From NCBI GenBank assembly GCA_000182565.2, contig KQ257451.1: a stretch of DNA of 64,000 bases. One strand, given 5' to 3'. Within the stretch, counting starts at the first letter, position 1. Each line of letters begins with the position of its first letter. Source of the DNA: Spizellomyces punctatus DAOM BR117 (taxonomy: Eukaryota). The notes below the pieces were generated by a model. It saw only the letters and a list, made by a program, of their open reading frames with translations. It had not been told where the DNA came from and did not search any database. Of this stretch, positions 26,558-39,420 are shown one piece after another. A program made the position numbers and the translations under genes.

Positions 26558-29500
26558 TTAGAAATCACATTCCACAACCCTAAACTCCCCGCCTCGCAAC
26601 ACGGCATATGCTTTTCTCCGGCCCTCTTTCCAAAAGATGTATTCACGGGATTGCGGGTTGGGAAAGGATGACGGTATTCGATCTACCGCAGGACAAAGAA
26701 TAAGCACAGCAACTAGTGAACCCCGCATTCTGCGATCGCGTACCTTGGGTAAATACTCTCCCTACTACATGTCGTGGGGAGTCGGTCCCTGTGTTTTCCT
26801 CTCGTGCAAAAATGTGGGAGTATAGTGGGGACTCCAAAAACGTGTTGATAAGATCATCGTCCTTGAACTGGTATAAAACATCAGAATAGAGGATACTAAA
26901 AAGATTCTATTTTGGCACTCACCTTTGACCAACTGGCAACAGCGACGCCCAGCATCAACTCTATTCTTTTTGCCTCTTTAAAGAATTCCTCCTCATCGTC
27001 AATCACATTCGCTAACTGTCGTACAGCGGTTTCAAGTGAAGGTATTCGAGCTACCAGTGGATGTGTTGAGAGCGTAGAGTAGACAATGAGGATCATAGTC
27101 CGGAGAAGACTGTTGAGAAACTGGTTTGTTAAACAGGATTTAGGAAACTTTGACAAGTGACTGTAGCTTACATCGTGAGAACATTGTACGGGGATAGTGA
27201 GTCCAGATACGAAAGGACTTGGTTGGCAACTTGAGTGTGGTCAAAGAGAGGTGCTTGCATGTCAGCAGAAATGGGCAAGGAAGTCTGCAGTTAAATAACC
27301 CAGACATGAGACACACGGAAAGCGTCCATCCGAATCAAGACTTTGCATACCTTCCATATCTCTACCCACAAATTCCCAGGTTCTTTCATCCGCCCACTCA
27401 ATCCTCCCCCACCTTCCCCCTCATCAATCCAATCCCGTGGCGAATACCATCTCACAAAATCCTCCAGCCCACATCCAGGATTCGCAGCCTTGAACGCTTC
27501 CATATCACTCTTCAGCTGCCGAGACTGTATTCGCATTCGCTCGATTGCGGCTTCGTGAGTCGTGCCAAGGGCTGATAGATGTGATTGCAGATTTTGGATC
27601 ATATCTTCTGTCATTGGACCTGGATGCTGGAGGTGGGGTTCATAAATGGGAGTTGTAGGATCTGAGAGGAGGTAAATCTTGAGGGGCGCTTTGTCTCCAA
27701 TGCGTTCTTGCGATGCGGATGATGGGATTGTAATGAAGGAATCAGTGAGGAAGGGCTTGGGACGCTCCCAGCTGCTGCTGATCTCGCTCCGCGGTATAGG
27801 AGGTTTTGAAGCGGTGCGTCGCTCGTGGTGTGGTGAAGCGACATCAATATCCTCCATAGTGTCAAAAAAGATTTCATCTCCATCAGTGTCGTCAGGATGA
27901 TGTTTTGGCTGGGACTCTATCTCAGCACTCAAATCAGCCATGTCGACGGCTTCTTCGAAAGAGCCGAAGCTTCGCGCACCCAATGACCCAACTATCACTC
28001 CACCGCTGCCCTGACTTCCTGTGGCCATCTCCCGTTTCTTGATGTCTTCCCAACTTCGATCACTACCCCAGCTTGTCGCTTCTAAGGCTGGATGCCCACG
28101 AGGCGTGATAACTCTTTGTGGTGGTGGTGGTGTAGGTCGATTTACCTGTGGCTGTTGCATGTTCGCTGCATCTCCATTGGACAGGGACGTATCATCTGAT
28201 GTGAGTCGTTCAAATAATCTCACAAGGGTACTCTCATTCGCAGAGGTGGAAGACTTTGAATTTCCAGGATCCAGACTCGTAACAGCCGCCGTTAAAGAAT
28301 TCATGACACGCTGCGACAGCGATAATACTGAGCTCTCGTGCACCTGCTCTTCTTGCTTTCCCCCATCCTCGTTCTCCTCTTTCTCCTGCTGTTTCTCGCT
28401 CACGTCAATCTGTGTGTCATAGCCACCCCTTTCTCGTCTGACCTTGATACACCAATTCAGCATCTGCAGTTTTTGGTACAATATATTCCATTTCAGCTCC
28501 ACACCTTCCTCACCAGCCCAAACACCAGGGATAGGCATGCCGACGTCCCAGCACATTCGAAATTCTCGACAGAGTTCCGGCCAAAGACCTTTTAGCATCG
28601 GTCCCATGCCCGCATCAAACCGAAGACATGATTCTGGAGATACGGCATCGAGCAGGCGTAAGGAAAGATTCCAGAGAAGGCTGAACTGGGGGACATATAC
28701 TGGCAATTGAGCTTGGAATATTAGACTTGCGGTGCTGGGAACATTCGCCCTCGGTGGTGTAGGTTGAGTCGCGGGCGGTTGAGTGTCTGATCTCCACAAT
28801 GCTTGGATTGCGTCTTCAATATCATTCATATCAACTAAGGCCCTTTTCGCTTCAACGCCAACCTGAGCCACACTTTTGATACGTCCAGGGATCTGCTCAT
28901 CACTTTCGGAAAAGGTGTCTGCAACTATTCTCGACTCCTTCGACGCGTCCATAGCCCTTTTCAAAATGCCACTTAGAAGCCCATCACCAGGAGGCTCCTG
29001 TACATCCAGACTGACTCTCCAATCCGTGGACCATGGATCCACCTCGCCAATATAATTTTGCGGTGGTTTAGCCGGAAAGAGTGCTTCGAGCGTTATACTT
29101 CGAACAGGATTAGAGGCAGGTCCGAAAGGGAGTGTAATAATTTCGGTTCCGTCCTCTTCTTCATCCGCATGATCAGTCAAGTCTGTGGCAACAGTGTCCG
29201 GGGTGCTAATGTATTCTCGCCATTCTATCTCGTCCTCTTCAATGACGATTTGGAAGGACAGCGCCATCGATACCGTCAACGGACCTTGCGCACCACCTGC
29301 CATTTCCCGAAAACGCTAGCATTAGGACGATCTCAATGCCAAACATCATGATTACCTACTCACCTTGTTCCATTTTTTCCTGCACGAGTTCTACGAGACT
29401 TTCAAGCTCAGAATATTGCGGTGGGACATATGGGGCATGGATCATCCTCCACCGTCTCTCCTCGCGCCCTGTTCCCGCAAACATGTTCTTCCATTCCGGG

Positions 29501-29997
29501 CCCGTTGGTACGAAAACAGGAACAGAACAGTTACTATTTTGCAATGCTATGGCACCAGCTGATAATAACATGTTTGTCATGCTCAGACCCAGTGCGGCTC
29601 GGGATGATGTCCTGGTAGGTACGAGTGTCAGCAGACTCGATAGGCCAGTCCAGCGGTGGAGAGGTGTCATGGTTGCGGTTGTGAGGGGAAAATCGTGAGT
29701 ACATTCGTGGTGATGGTATGTGAGGAGACATTCCGTTTCCCCAAAGCTTAGATATTCTTGTTTGACTGGGGATATTCCTTCTCCCACGGCATCGTTATCT
29801 AGGTTCCAGAGTGAGATCAACCGCTCAATGGATGATACAAGATACTCGAAAGGGGAGGCTGACTTGAGAGAATGCGAGAGGAGATGTCACCCGTGAGTTA
29901 CAACCCGATCACGGAGGGAAAGTCAAACCATTTGCAGTAGCTTACTCACCGTGTAGTCGACTATTTCAAAAAAGTCGTCGTCGTCTTGGTTCGCCAT
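26558..29997 (-). CDS. RAB3GAP1: Rab3 GTPase-activating protein catalytic subunit
   Basis: N-terminal DFFEIVDYT; core GPMTEDMI, QLKSDMEAFKAANPGCGLEDFVRWYSPRDW and LSGRMKEPGNLWVEIW; C-terminal PQSREYIF. Confidence 0.92.
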
Positions 29998-30454
29998 GAA
30001 CGTGAGTCGGACGAATCTGGGGAGACGGGGGATGCGGTCTAACACAGTTAGCACTACATAACAAATTCGTACGTCATCTCCTCTCGCAGAAACCAAAAGC
30101 TTTTAGGTACCTTGGCAGGATCTGGCAATTATCTGGTGTTCTGGCACCTTGCAAACTCAAGAAGGCCATGGAGGTCCGCCACGCGCGTCACGCTCCATGT
30201 GATTTGTATCATGCATCGAGGCTGCCGGCTCGCAGCGTTTCCAATTGCAACGACAACCAAGCTTATGCATACCAAGTGAGTGAAATCAGATCTCATTATT
30301 ATAAAGAGTTCAGATACCCAACATGTTACATGCAACTCATCCAAAAAAAACAAAACCAAAAAATAGAAAATTCTCGCAAATTAGGAACTCTAAAGTAATT
30401 GTATCAGGGCATCCAATGCATGGTATCACAATTTTGCTCGCATCATGACTGGTA

Positions 30455-33400
30455 TCAGATTTTTGTCAAAACACCCACCCCACCAGCTCTCCCTCCAATA
30501 ACCCTTACCCAGTCCGCTACTTTGCCTACAGGCACTTGTCTAGTCACTGCATCAACAAATGTAGCCCAGGAAGCGACGGCTGGTCCTTTGGTCCCAGAGT
30601 CCACAGGTTCTGGATTATTATTTTCGTCTAACATAAGGAGGTGCTTATAGGCCTGGCTGGTTCGTCGTGCGGGAGAAAAACAGATAAATGTAATTTCCGG
30701 GCGGGACGTGTTGGGGGGGAATGTTACGCGGAAGGTAGTTTCGATCCGGGCCGAGCGTGCGTAATAAATAGCGTGAGATACAGTTGGCGGTTCTGGGCCG
30801 GGTTGTGGGGCCGTAAAGTTTGTCCAGCGGGTTAGATTGTGTATTTCCAACTGTACACCAATGTCCATGGACTCTTTTGGGTTCGCAGGAAGGTAGGGTT
30901 CGACTCCCAGCAAGCAAATTTTGGAAGATTCCAAACCCGTGACACTTCCTTCCACAAGACCCTCCTTCACGTCTTCCCGATCAATCTTGATCATCATTCC
31001 CCCACCCACCTGGGGCGGTTCGAAATCATACAATCGACACACTCCTTCAACAACTCCAGAAAACCCTCCCTCACAGTCAAAATCCACTTCCTCGGAACGG
31101 TAGGCCGTCTGCCCCCACTTGATCGCACCCATAGTGGGTAGAACGAGCACCTCAACCGTCGACGTTCTGTTTGCGATATCCCATGTCTCAGTGAACGTTA
31201 GCTTATGGGGACGCTCGGGTGAGAATGGAAACATCCACAGAGATGGCACATACGAAAGGACAAACAGAATGGCAAAAACCGCCGTTAGGAACGGAAGATG
31301 AATGCGATGACGGGTTACAGCCGGAAGGAAAAGGAGCGCCGTAAGGGTAGTCCAAAATCCGAAAAAGAGATCCACAATAGTCTCCGGTAGGCCCTCCGCA
31401 ATAAGTGCAGGTAGGCCAACAATTCCAATCGAGATCACTTCCATAACATGCATGAGTGGTATAACACCCGCAATACACATCCAAAGGACCCAGACATATC
31501 GCTCGTATAGCTCCACCGCAACTCGCTTCCATTTCGCAAAACCCGAAGAGGTTGTTGTAGGCACCACGGTTTGATTAGATACAACAACATCCGCTCGCCA
31601 CCATTTCCGGATGATGGTGCCCAGAGAAATGGTTACTAATACTGCCAGGGAAGAATAGAATGCAAATCCATAAAAGATATAAAATCCCATCAAGTTTCGT
31701 GTTGCAGCCAAGAGCAGAGCCGTGAACAAGAGCACTTGGTGAAATAGTAGGATACCGTACGGCTGCCATATATGCAGAGACGGGCCAGACGGTAAGATTT
31801 CACGATGGCGGGAACTGTGGTGAGTCGGTCTCAAAGGAGAAATTGGTGCGTCCTCATCATCAGAATCCAAAGACGCCACATCGGAATCATCCAGTTCCAT
31901 TTCTCCATCTGTCTCTTCTCTGTGGGATTCATCACCTTCCCCGATGCTCGTTGGTAGCATGCTGTACAGCACCACGGGCTTCCGTCGTAATCGCGTTTTG
32001 ATCGCCACCCACGGCCACACGATCTGAATACCACAGAGCGTGGCAAAAATCGCCATGCAAATCCACATCAGGTTTGTCCTGGGATGGCCGTAGGTGGAAC
32101 CTCGATTCACCAAGGATTTGATGGTCGACAGCAGAAATACAACGAAGATCGACAGGGCAAACGTTGCCAATACCAAAACGAAAGCCTCAAAAATGGGTCG
32201 ACCGTACCGTACTATCACTCGCTTGACGCCCACACGTCTGGCTTCTGCTACAGCCTTGAAGATTGTGCCAATAAAGACCGCAACAAGCAGAAGAGCCATG
32301 CCAGTCTTTTGCAAAACCCCGCTTGCCAGTACCATCTGTGTCCCGAGGAAATCATAATAAACAAAACCACCGCTGGGCAAAACACCTGACGGATCTTCGA
32401 CTACAGCGCCTGGTTGAATGGAATCCAACAAGTCCGAACTGCAAACCAATTTCACCACCGCGACAACGTTGTCTCCCAACTGCTGCACACTCAACGCATT
32501 GGCATGGGTCAAATCATCTCCGAGCGAATGGTAAAGATATCGATGTGTGTAAAAGGCTGGACAAATATGATGTGAGTGTTCAACATCACTCGTACACACT
32601 CATTTTTGCCGCATTTACCTATATCCAGTCCAGGACGTTTCCCATACGCGGCGTAAGGTCGGTAATCCGTGTCGCTGCATTTCACTGCATTAAAGCGCAC
32701 GTACTCGACTTTTGTACAAGAGCATAAGTCCAACGTACCTTCTCACGAACGCCATCATATCATCTACTAACACTGAGGCGTGTGGGTAGGGCGCTGAATT
32801 GGCATATGCTTCAACCATCTCATATGAATTGGTTCGAAACAGTAACGCACGACTTCCAGATGCAGTTCCCGTCCCCTCTGTCATTAACATTAGCGGATCA
32901 AGCAAATGTACTCAAAATGCACAGGTGCAGTTACCCAAGTTGATGAATGCCTTGACATCGGTGAACCACGGATGTTGAAGAAATGAGTATCCACCGAATA
33001 AACCCTAATCAAATATAATTCTTGTTCACAAAAGTTCGTTCCATGACAGTCAATGTGTGCTGGGATCATGAACGTACCAGTTCCTCTCCATTATTAAAAA
33101 GTAAAATAACATCGTGTTTAAGCACTGGATTATGAATTAGAGCCCTAACGAGCTAACCCGGCAAATGTGAGAATGCAATCATATAATTCCAACAAAATCA
33201 CCTATCAAACCTCGATCATGACCGCTACTGCAATCCCATCATCGGTCACCCCATGTGATAACGGCGTCGAATCGTAGTGAGCCGACACGAGGAGGGCAGA
33301 CCGATCCGTGGATGATGAACCCTGTACGCGGACGACAATGTTTGTCGATTCGTAGTATGCGTTCTTGTAAAGGAGATTGGTTGCATCATCACGTAAAATC

Positions 33401-34031
33401 TTGTGGGGCAACAATGATAAGTACAATCGATCCGTGCTTTCACGCCCTCCAAACAAAATACTGCACTCACAGTAATATACTCATCGGATCGCCCAAGAGA
33501 ACTCGCTTCACTTTTGAGACGGTCAAGTTCGGATATCAAATACTAGGGATCCGGAACGTCACGTTGCATGATCCTCACATCCATGGTTCTCTGATAACGA
33601 CTAACCTTTCGCACGTGCTCATTGCTCTCATCATTAATACTCCTCGGCTCCTTTCCAATCTCCTTCAACACTGTCCAGGCTGCTTCAGCTGAAAACTGCC
33701 CCACTTCATCTGCACCGATAACCCGCTTCGGCATTGCCCCTCGCTTCCATTCGAGTCGGATGCCCCACACCACAATAAAAAAGACAATGCATATACATAG
33801 GGTTTGAAACGTGCGTGGAGAGTAAGGATGGGTGCGGATATGTTGTATAAAATTTTGAATGTGACAGTAGAAGGGAATAGGAATGCGATGTGCTGGTGCT
33901 GACCGGGACGGAGAGCTGAGTGACCGTGTTGGCGAGCGGCGACCTGGAGAGCGTCGGGTCGGACTTGAAGGTGGTGAAATTAAGGGACGTGCATCATTGT
34001 CGCTATCCGCGGCGGGCGGCGAGGACGCCAT
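30455..34031 (-). CDS. M28 family membrane metallopeptidase (ERMP1/Pff1-like)
   Basis: [37 protein letters not shown] and YHSLGD motifs. N-terminal TM segment and multiple C-terminal TM helices. Confidence 0.9.
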
Positions 34032-34731
34032 AGTTCTTTTGGGATGGAACAAGTGTGAAGGATGCGTTCATGCCTTGCACCCCACTTGTTAGCTCTGAGG
34101 GTGCGAAAGCAAGCTCTGAAAGCAAACCAGGTGTCAGTTCTCGAAAACGTGAGGTGTCCCGTGACTTGTAATTCATTCAAAATGTCCCCCATGGAAGACA
34201 GCCACAGCCAACATGGTTCGCATGGAAACATGGGTTAACATGGTTAGATGATGGCATTCAACAGCTGCAACAACGACTCCCGCTGCTTGGACTTTTGCCA
34301 TAGCTGCTTTTCATAAATGATACGTAACATATCTGTGCAGTTACAACTCAGGTACCTGTTCATGTCTCTGCACAAGTAGGCCAGGAAATCCACATCCAGT
34401 TTGGCTAAAAGGACTCAATGCGCCCTATATGCATCTGCACTCTCGAGATTTCATACTCGCAACCAGCAGCAAATAGCATCATGATATGCACCATGTATAA
34501 TATTGTTGTGTGTGCGGGAGGAGAGCAATAATGGAGTGTTCTCTATTGTATAAATACTGTACTGAGCGCTAACTTGAATGCCATTGGTTGTGGCACAGTC
34601 ATATACACTATGCTGAAATCGGATCATTAAATCGAGTGTTTTCTCTTCGACGCTTCGGGGAACTTGGTGAGTGCTTATATAAAAAAGCAACCCAGCACAA
34701 GGCCCGGCATCAAGACAACCACCACAAAATC

Positions 34732-35121
34732 ATGAAGACCTCATCTCTTCCTGTCCTCGTCCTCCTCGCGGCATCCGCCGCCTCCGTGGCAGGCGACTGC
34801 AGGGTTCACCTTCCGGTATCGGGCTTCCCCGCTTGGATTAACGGCACCTGCATCGACAACCCCACACCTGGACAGCCCGGCTCGTACTTCCTCGCCCAAA
34901 AGGGGAATGAGTACGTGCTGCACAAGTGTTCGCAGAATTGCACCACCTGCGAAACCAAGGATATGTATTTCGATTGCTCTATCAATGCTGATGTACTTCA
35001 GCAAGTGCATAATATTACGCAAGCGCCTGTATGGGACAGCAGCAGCGGGGCGCGACAAGTCGGCGTGGGTTCCTTTTGGGTGGGGACGGGTTTGATCGTT
35101 GCTGGGTTGTTCACACTCTGA
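34732..35121 (+). CDS. Small secreted Cys-rich, probably GPI-anchored protein
   Basis: Signal peptide MKTSSLPVLVLLAASAASVAG, 6 Cys, SSSGA followed by a hydrophobic C-terminus. TATATAAAAAA near 34676. Confidence 0.75.
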   Translation: MKTSSLPVLVLLAASAASVAGDCRVHLPVSGFPAWINGTCIDNPTPGQPGSYFLAQKGNEYVLHKCSQNCTTCETKDMYFDCSINADVLQQVHNITQAPVWDSSSGARQVGVGSFWVGTGLIVAGLFTL

Positions 35122-35613
35122 TTTTTAGATAAGTCTGTAGAATAGATACAATCTAGAAGAAGAACTGTAGGAGTAGACAATATAGCCGATCTAGAACCTT
35201 GTAATCTATTTTAACAAAGATATAGAAGCCGGACCTGCCGCCTCCCTTCCCGTCGAGCAGTGAAGTTTGCATTAGGAGCGACCCGACGTCAATTAGCAGA
35301 ATGCAGGCTTTTTTCTATTTTGTAAGTTAAGTGTAACCCTAACGTCACGTGCATTCGGACAGAATGACTCACACAGACGCGCAGACAAATTGACGGCAGT
35401 CCCGCCAAGCATTCCGCGCCCTGGTTGAGCTGCAGGCGATTATAAGAGTCTGCTTGAGGATGGGGGCAACTGAAAGTAAGCTTGCTTTTCGAAAGAGTGT
35501 CTTCCAACTTTACGAACAGAAGGTAACGAAATGCCTGATGCGACGCTTGGCTTGCCCCATGATCTCACCCAATTGACTTACAGTCTTGCCAATTCTCGGC
35601 TGCGTTCATATAC

Positions 35614-35627
35614 GTTTCTATGGCAAC
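35614..35627. promoter_or_regulatory. RFX-type X-box
   Basis: GTTTCTATGGCAAC closely matches the X-box consensus GTYNCYATRGYAAC and lies about 80 bp upstream of TIM13. Confidence 0.55.
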
Positions 35628-35705
35628 ATGAAAGTTGACCGACAAGAGACTCGTCGCGAACAAACCATCAAACACACTCACAAAGTACAGGCGATCATTC
35701 CCACT

Positions 35706-36094
35706 ATGGCATCCGAAAAGGCACAAGAGTTGATGGACCAAATCCGCCGCGAGGTGGCCATGCAAAACTTTCAAGAACTCTTGTCCGTAAGTATCAACCT
35801 CCCAACTCAAAAGCTTTGAACATGACTTAAATTGACAAACATAGAAAATCAATACAAAATGCTTTGCAAAATGCGTAACAAAACCCGGAACAAAGCTCGA
35901 TAGTTCAGAACAGGTTTTGTTTTCGTTTGCTTACTTTTGGGAAAATCTCACCAGGATTGCTCATGTATTTCTAATGCCCATTCCGACTTTTTACATAGAC
36001 TTGTCTGCAACGATGCTCGGACCGATACCAAGAAGCTTGGAATGTGGTATCAAACACGTATCTTCGAAGAGCTCAAAAAGAGAATGCTTTGTAG
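35706..36094 (+). CDS. TIM13: Mitochondrial small Tim chaperone Tim13 (3 exons)
   Basis: Spliced MASEKAQELMDQIRREVAMQNFQELLS/KINTKCFAKCVTKPGTKLDSSEQ/TCLQRCSDRYQEAWNVVSNTY has the twin CX3C motif. Confidence 0.93.
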
Positions 36095-36571
36095 AGAGTT
36101 TTTTTGGCGTCCTTGCATAATAGAAAATAGTTCTGGAGCAGATTTTGTCCGGTTGTTGATATTTCTTCTTGATTGGTCATTGGATGCTACTAAACTGTGT
36201 AGATTATGCTGTCGTTACGGTTTGGGCGCCCCATATATATGTATGAGGAGGAAGGCTCCTCACATAAATATGATTGGCGTCGTATCAGTGTATTCCAAAG
36301 CGGAAGTCGGCAGAGATGTGGTCGGACCCCAAATGAATGTTGGGTTGAGGTTGACACATGGCGTCGTTCAGTCCAGGATCCTTTTTACTTTAGCTTTCAT
36401 CTAGTTGTTCAGGAAAAGAGTTAACAATATTGACAGAAAACCCCTTCAACTCGACGTGGTCAAATCCAGCACCAGCATCATTCTCGAACGTAACTCTTGC
36501 AATCAAAATGTACGCAAATATATATATCATATTCATTATCATACAGCAAATCGGTTGCCAATATATCGACA

Positions 36572-38182
36572 CTAAATGTATTTCCACGCCTGGCACTCCT
36601 CAGCCAAACAATTGTCAACAACCTTGCACTCCGGCACGGTTTTGGACTTTTCTAGAAAGGTTTTGATGACAAAGTCAATTGTGTGATAACGTACGCTTAG
36701 TTGCACTGTTGTGGGTTGATCCTGAAGTAGGAGGAGTGGTGGAGGGCTGTTAATGTCATATATACCTAGAAACAGATCAGCATCTCGGACACAGCAAGGC
36801 AAAAACGTTGCGAGAGAAGAGGACGTACATTCATAGCCAGTATGACACTTTGTTTCCAATGCATAGTCGAACCACCAACAACTACTAGTGGGTCCATTGC
36901 ACTGCCCCAAGTAAATTGGATCACCAGTATTTCCAAAATGATAGATGGGCAGCGTTTTGAGAAAATCCGTGTAATCCGGTTTTTGGTCTGGAGGTAGCGA
37001 AGGTAGCAAGCCGAGTCGAAGGGCATAGGTTAAGTCACCAGGCGCTTCGTATGCAAATGCTGGCAGGTCATTCGTTAATGCTATGAGGGAGGCAAGGGCG
37101 CCTCCCAGACTGTGACCAGCTAACCAAATACTGACACGGGACGGAAACCATTCCCGAACGGCTAGATACATGGTCTTGGTTGTGTGTTAATAGGATTGGT
37201 AGGAACGATGGGAATACGGATAGGGGTGTACCTGTGCAAGATTATAATAGGATCTAAGTAATTAAAGAGTTAATAATAGAAAAGGAATCAGAGGAAAGGG
37301 AACAGCAACCCACCCATCGAAATTCGAATTTTGGATCAAGCATTTCATATCGCACTCATTCTTGCCAGTCGGACAGTCGCATATAGGCTTCCATCCCCAC
37401 CCAGCCTTTGCACAGCAACAAGAAAACATGATATTGTCCTTTTTCCAACAAAACATTAGCCGATCCCCTTGATGTTGAACTTTAAATGAGCTCTTACATT
37501 GTACTTGTCCTCATTCGACGATGGACCCCCTCCTACAGGAGTAGCCAGCGTTGTACCTTTGAGCACAATGACGAGAACTTCTTCGTCTTCATCAAGAAAA
37601 ACGTAAGAGGCTAAACTTTTGCCTTCGCCTTTCCACCGAACCGTCTATCGCGCAGTGTTGGTTGTTGAGACATTACGCAAAAATAAACAACTACCCCAAA
37701 GGACTTACCTGATTCCATCCAGGAATATCGACCCAACCTTTATCATCCTAGCAAAGTCATGAGTGTCCAATTGTCAACAGACCACAAAACACTGACAACC
37801 CTACCGGCTCCAAGTACGCATCATGTGTCATCAACCCCAACGACAACACCGTCTCGGGGTCCGTATGATCCGGTATTCTAATCGGCTTTTCTTTGACATG
37901 CACCTGCTGAATGCGTTGTCCCCTCCATTCACTCCAGACGTTTATGGTGCCCTCATGGTGCTTAACAGTAGGGTATACAGGTCGGTGCTGTAATTGTGAG
38001 AGGTCATAGGATTTCAGATAGAGTTTTTGGGTTGCTCCTTCTTGGGTATAACCGTGTTTGATAATGTGGGTCAGATGGAAGCGAGAGGTTTTAGGAGCCG
38101 AATGCACAGATTCAACGAGTAGGAGCAGCAGATAACACAATATGGATGGACAACTTGGTAAGAGAATAGAATGGGTGCGCAT
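36572..38182 (-). CDS. ATG15: Atg15-like lipase (class 3)
   Basis: IWLAGHSLGGALASL, VIVLKGT, DNIMFSCCCA, YHFGNTGDPIYLGQC and YALETKCHTG, with an N-terminal hydrophobic segment. Confidence 0.88.
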
Positions 38183-39420
38183 TTATATAGGTTAGAGGTA
38201 AGAGTATTATAGGTGGTATGCAGGAACTGATGGGAATGTTGACTGTCGTATGCAGGGGATGAGCTTTTTGCAGTCAATCCGTTATCTCAACGAGATGAGG
38301 ACGCGTCAGCATTTGGACGCGTGACGATCACCATATCAGACGAAATGCAAGGGATCAGATCGAGAGGGATGACCAATTGAGCTTTTTACTTTGCTTTGCC
38401 TACCAATATGGAGGGCCATTTACTTTTTTCAAACGACATGAAGTCGTCATGAAATGCCGGAGGGCTGCCAGCACTGTTTCTCAGATATCTCGTTGTATAT
38501 AATGGCAATCTCCTCCGGCCCCGACATTACTCACCGTACTTTTCGAATCCATCAAACACCGTCATAGAACCAGCAACAAATGATGACAAAAAGTGCGATA
38601 CCTGATCCGTACAAAACTGGCATTGGACCAGTAACGAAAAGAAGGAAAACATTACCACATGTTTTTTCCCACTTTGGCATCGTAATCTATAGCATTATAA
38701 ACTGTTCTTGATTACGAGTCTCTCGTAATGTCTGTCCCACCCTCCGAGTTACAAAGCACAGAGTTGACACTCTCCGACAAAACAGCGCAATGGAATCCTG
38801 ATTCGCTGCTATGCTCCAACCGTGAGCGAAACGAGAAACTGGAGAGCTGAGACATTGTAATGCCGAGAGCTAAAAACAAAGTGCTGGAGAGTCGCCATAT
38901 GATAAAGGTTCATCCCCGGAGGTTAGATAACAGCACTGGGGGATCGTTCGTAATCCAATCACAGAGCAATCGTAAGTATCCTCTAGTAAAAACACAGAAA
39001 TCTCCGCTCGTTGTTCAAACAAAATGTCATAGTGACTATTGTAACGTTCAACGTGCGCAGAACATCTTTTGGCCCCAGCGTCGCTTGCCGCACAAGACTA
39101 GATACATACAGGTTATAGGTCACCGTGCCATCATATAAAATGACTGTGCCACATGTCGAACGTGCACACATACCGCTGTGATTTTTGTTGTCGAATTTGC
39201 CGACTGGGAAAAGCATTGCAAAAGGGCGGACTTTTGTGATCTCCAACGCCACACAAGTTTGCTCTCGAGTTCTTTGAACAAGATAAAGAGCAAGCTGAAA
39301 AACCCCATGCCCGTCGCCGATTTTTTTTTTTTGGTTTTTTTTAAAAGGACTCGGCTGTTGTCTGAAGAATCATAACAAGAGTATATCCACCTCCGATTGG
39401 AGCATACCCAGTTTCTGTCA

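Noticed and set aside
35334-35343. TAACCCTAAC resembling a telomerase RNA template for TTAGGG repeats
   Set aside because: A single 10-mer is plausible by chance in 64 kb. It falls inside an apparent minus-strand intron, and I could not see a convincing pseudoknot or CR4/5.
38400-39400. Short ORFs and splice-like signals in the ATG15-RGS intergenic region
   Set aside because: I could not assemble a coherent reading frame or RNA structure.
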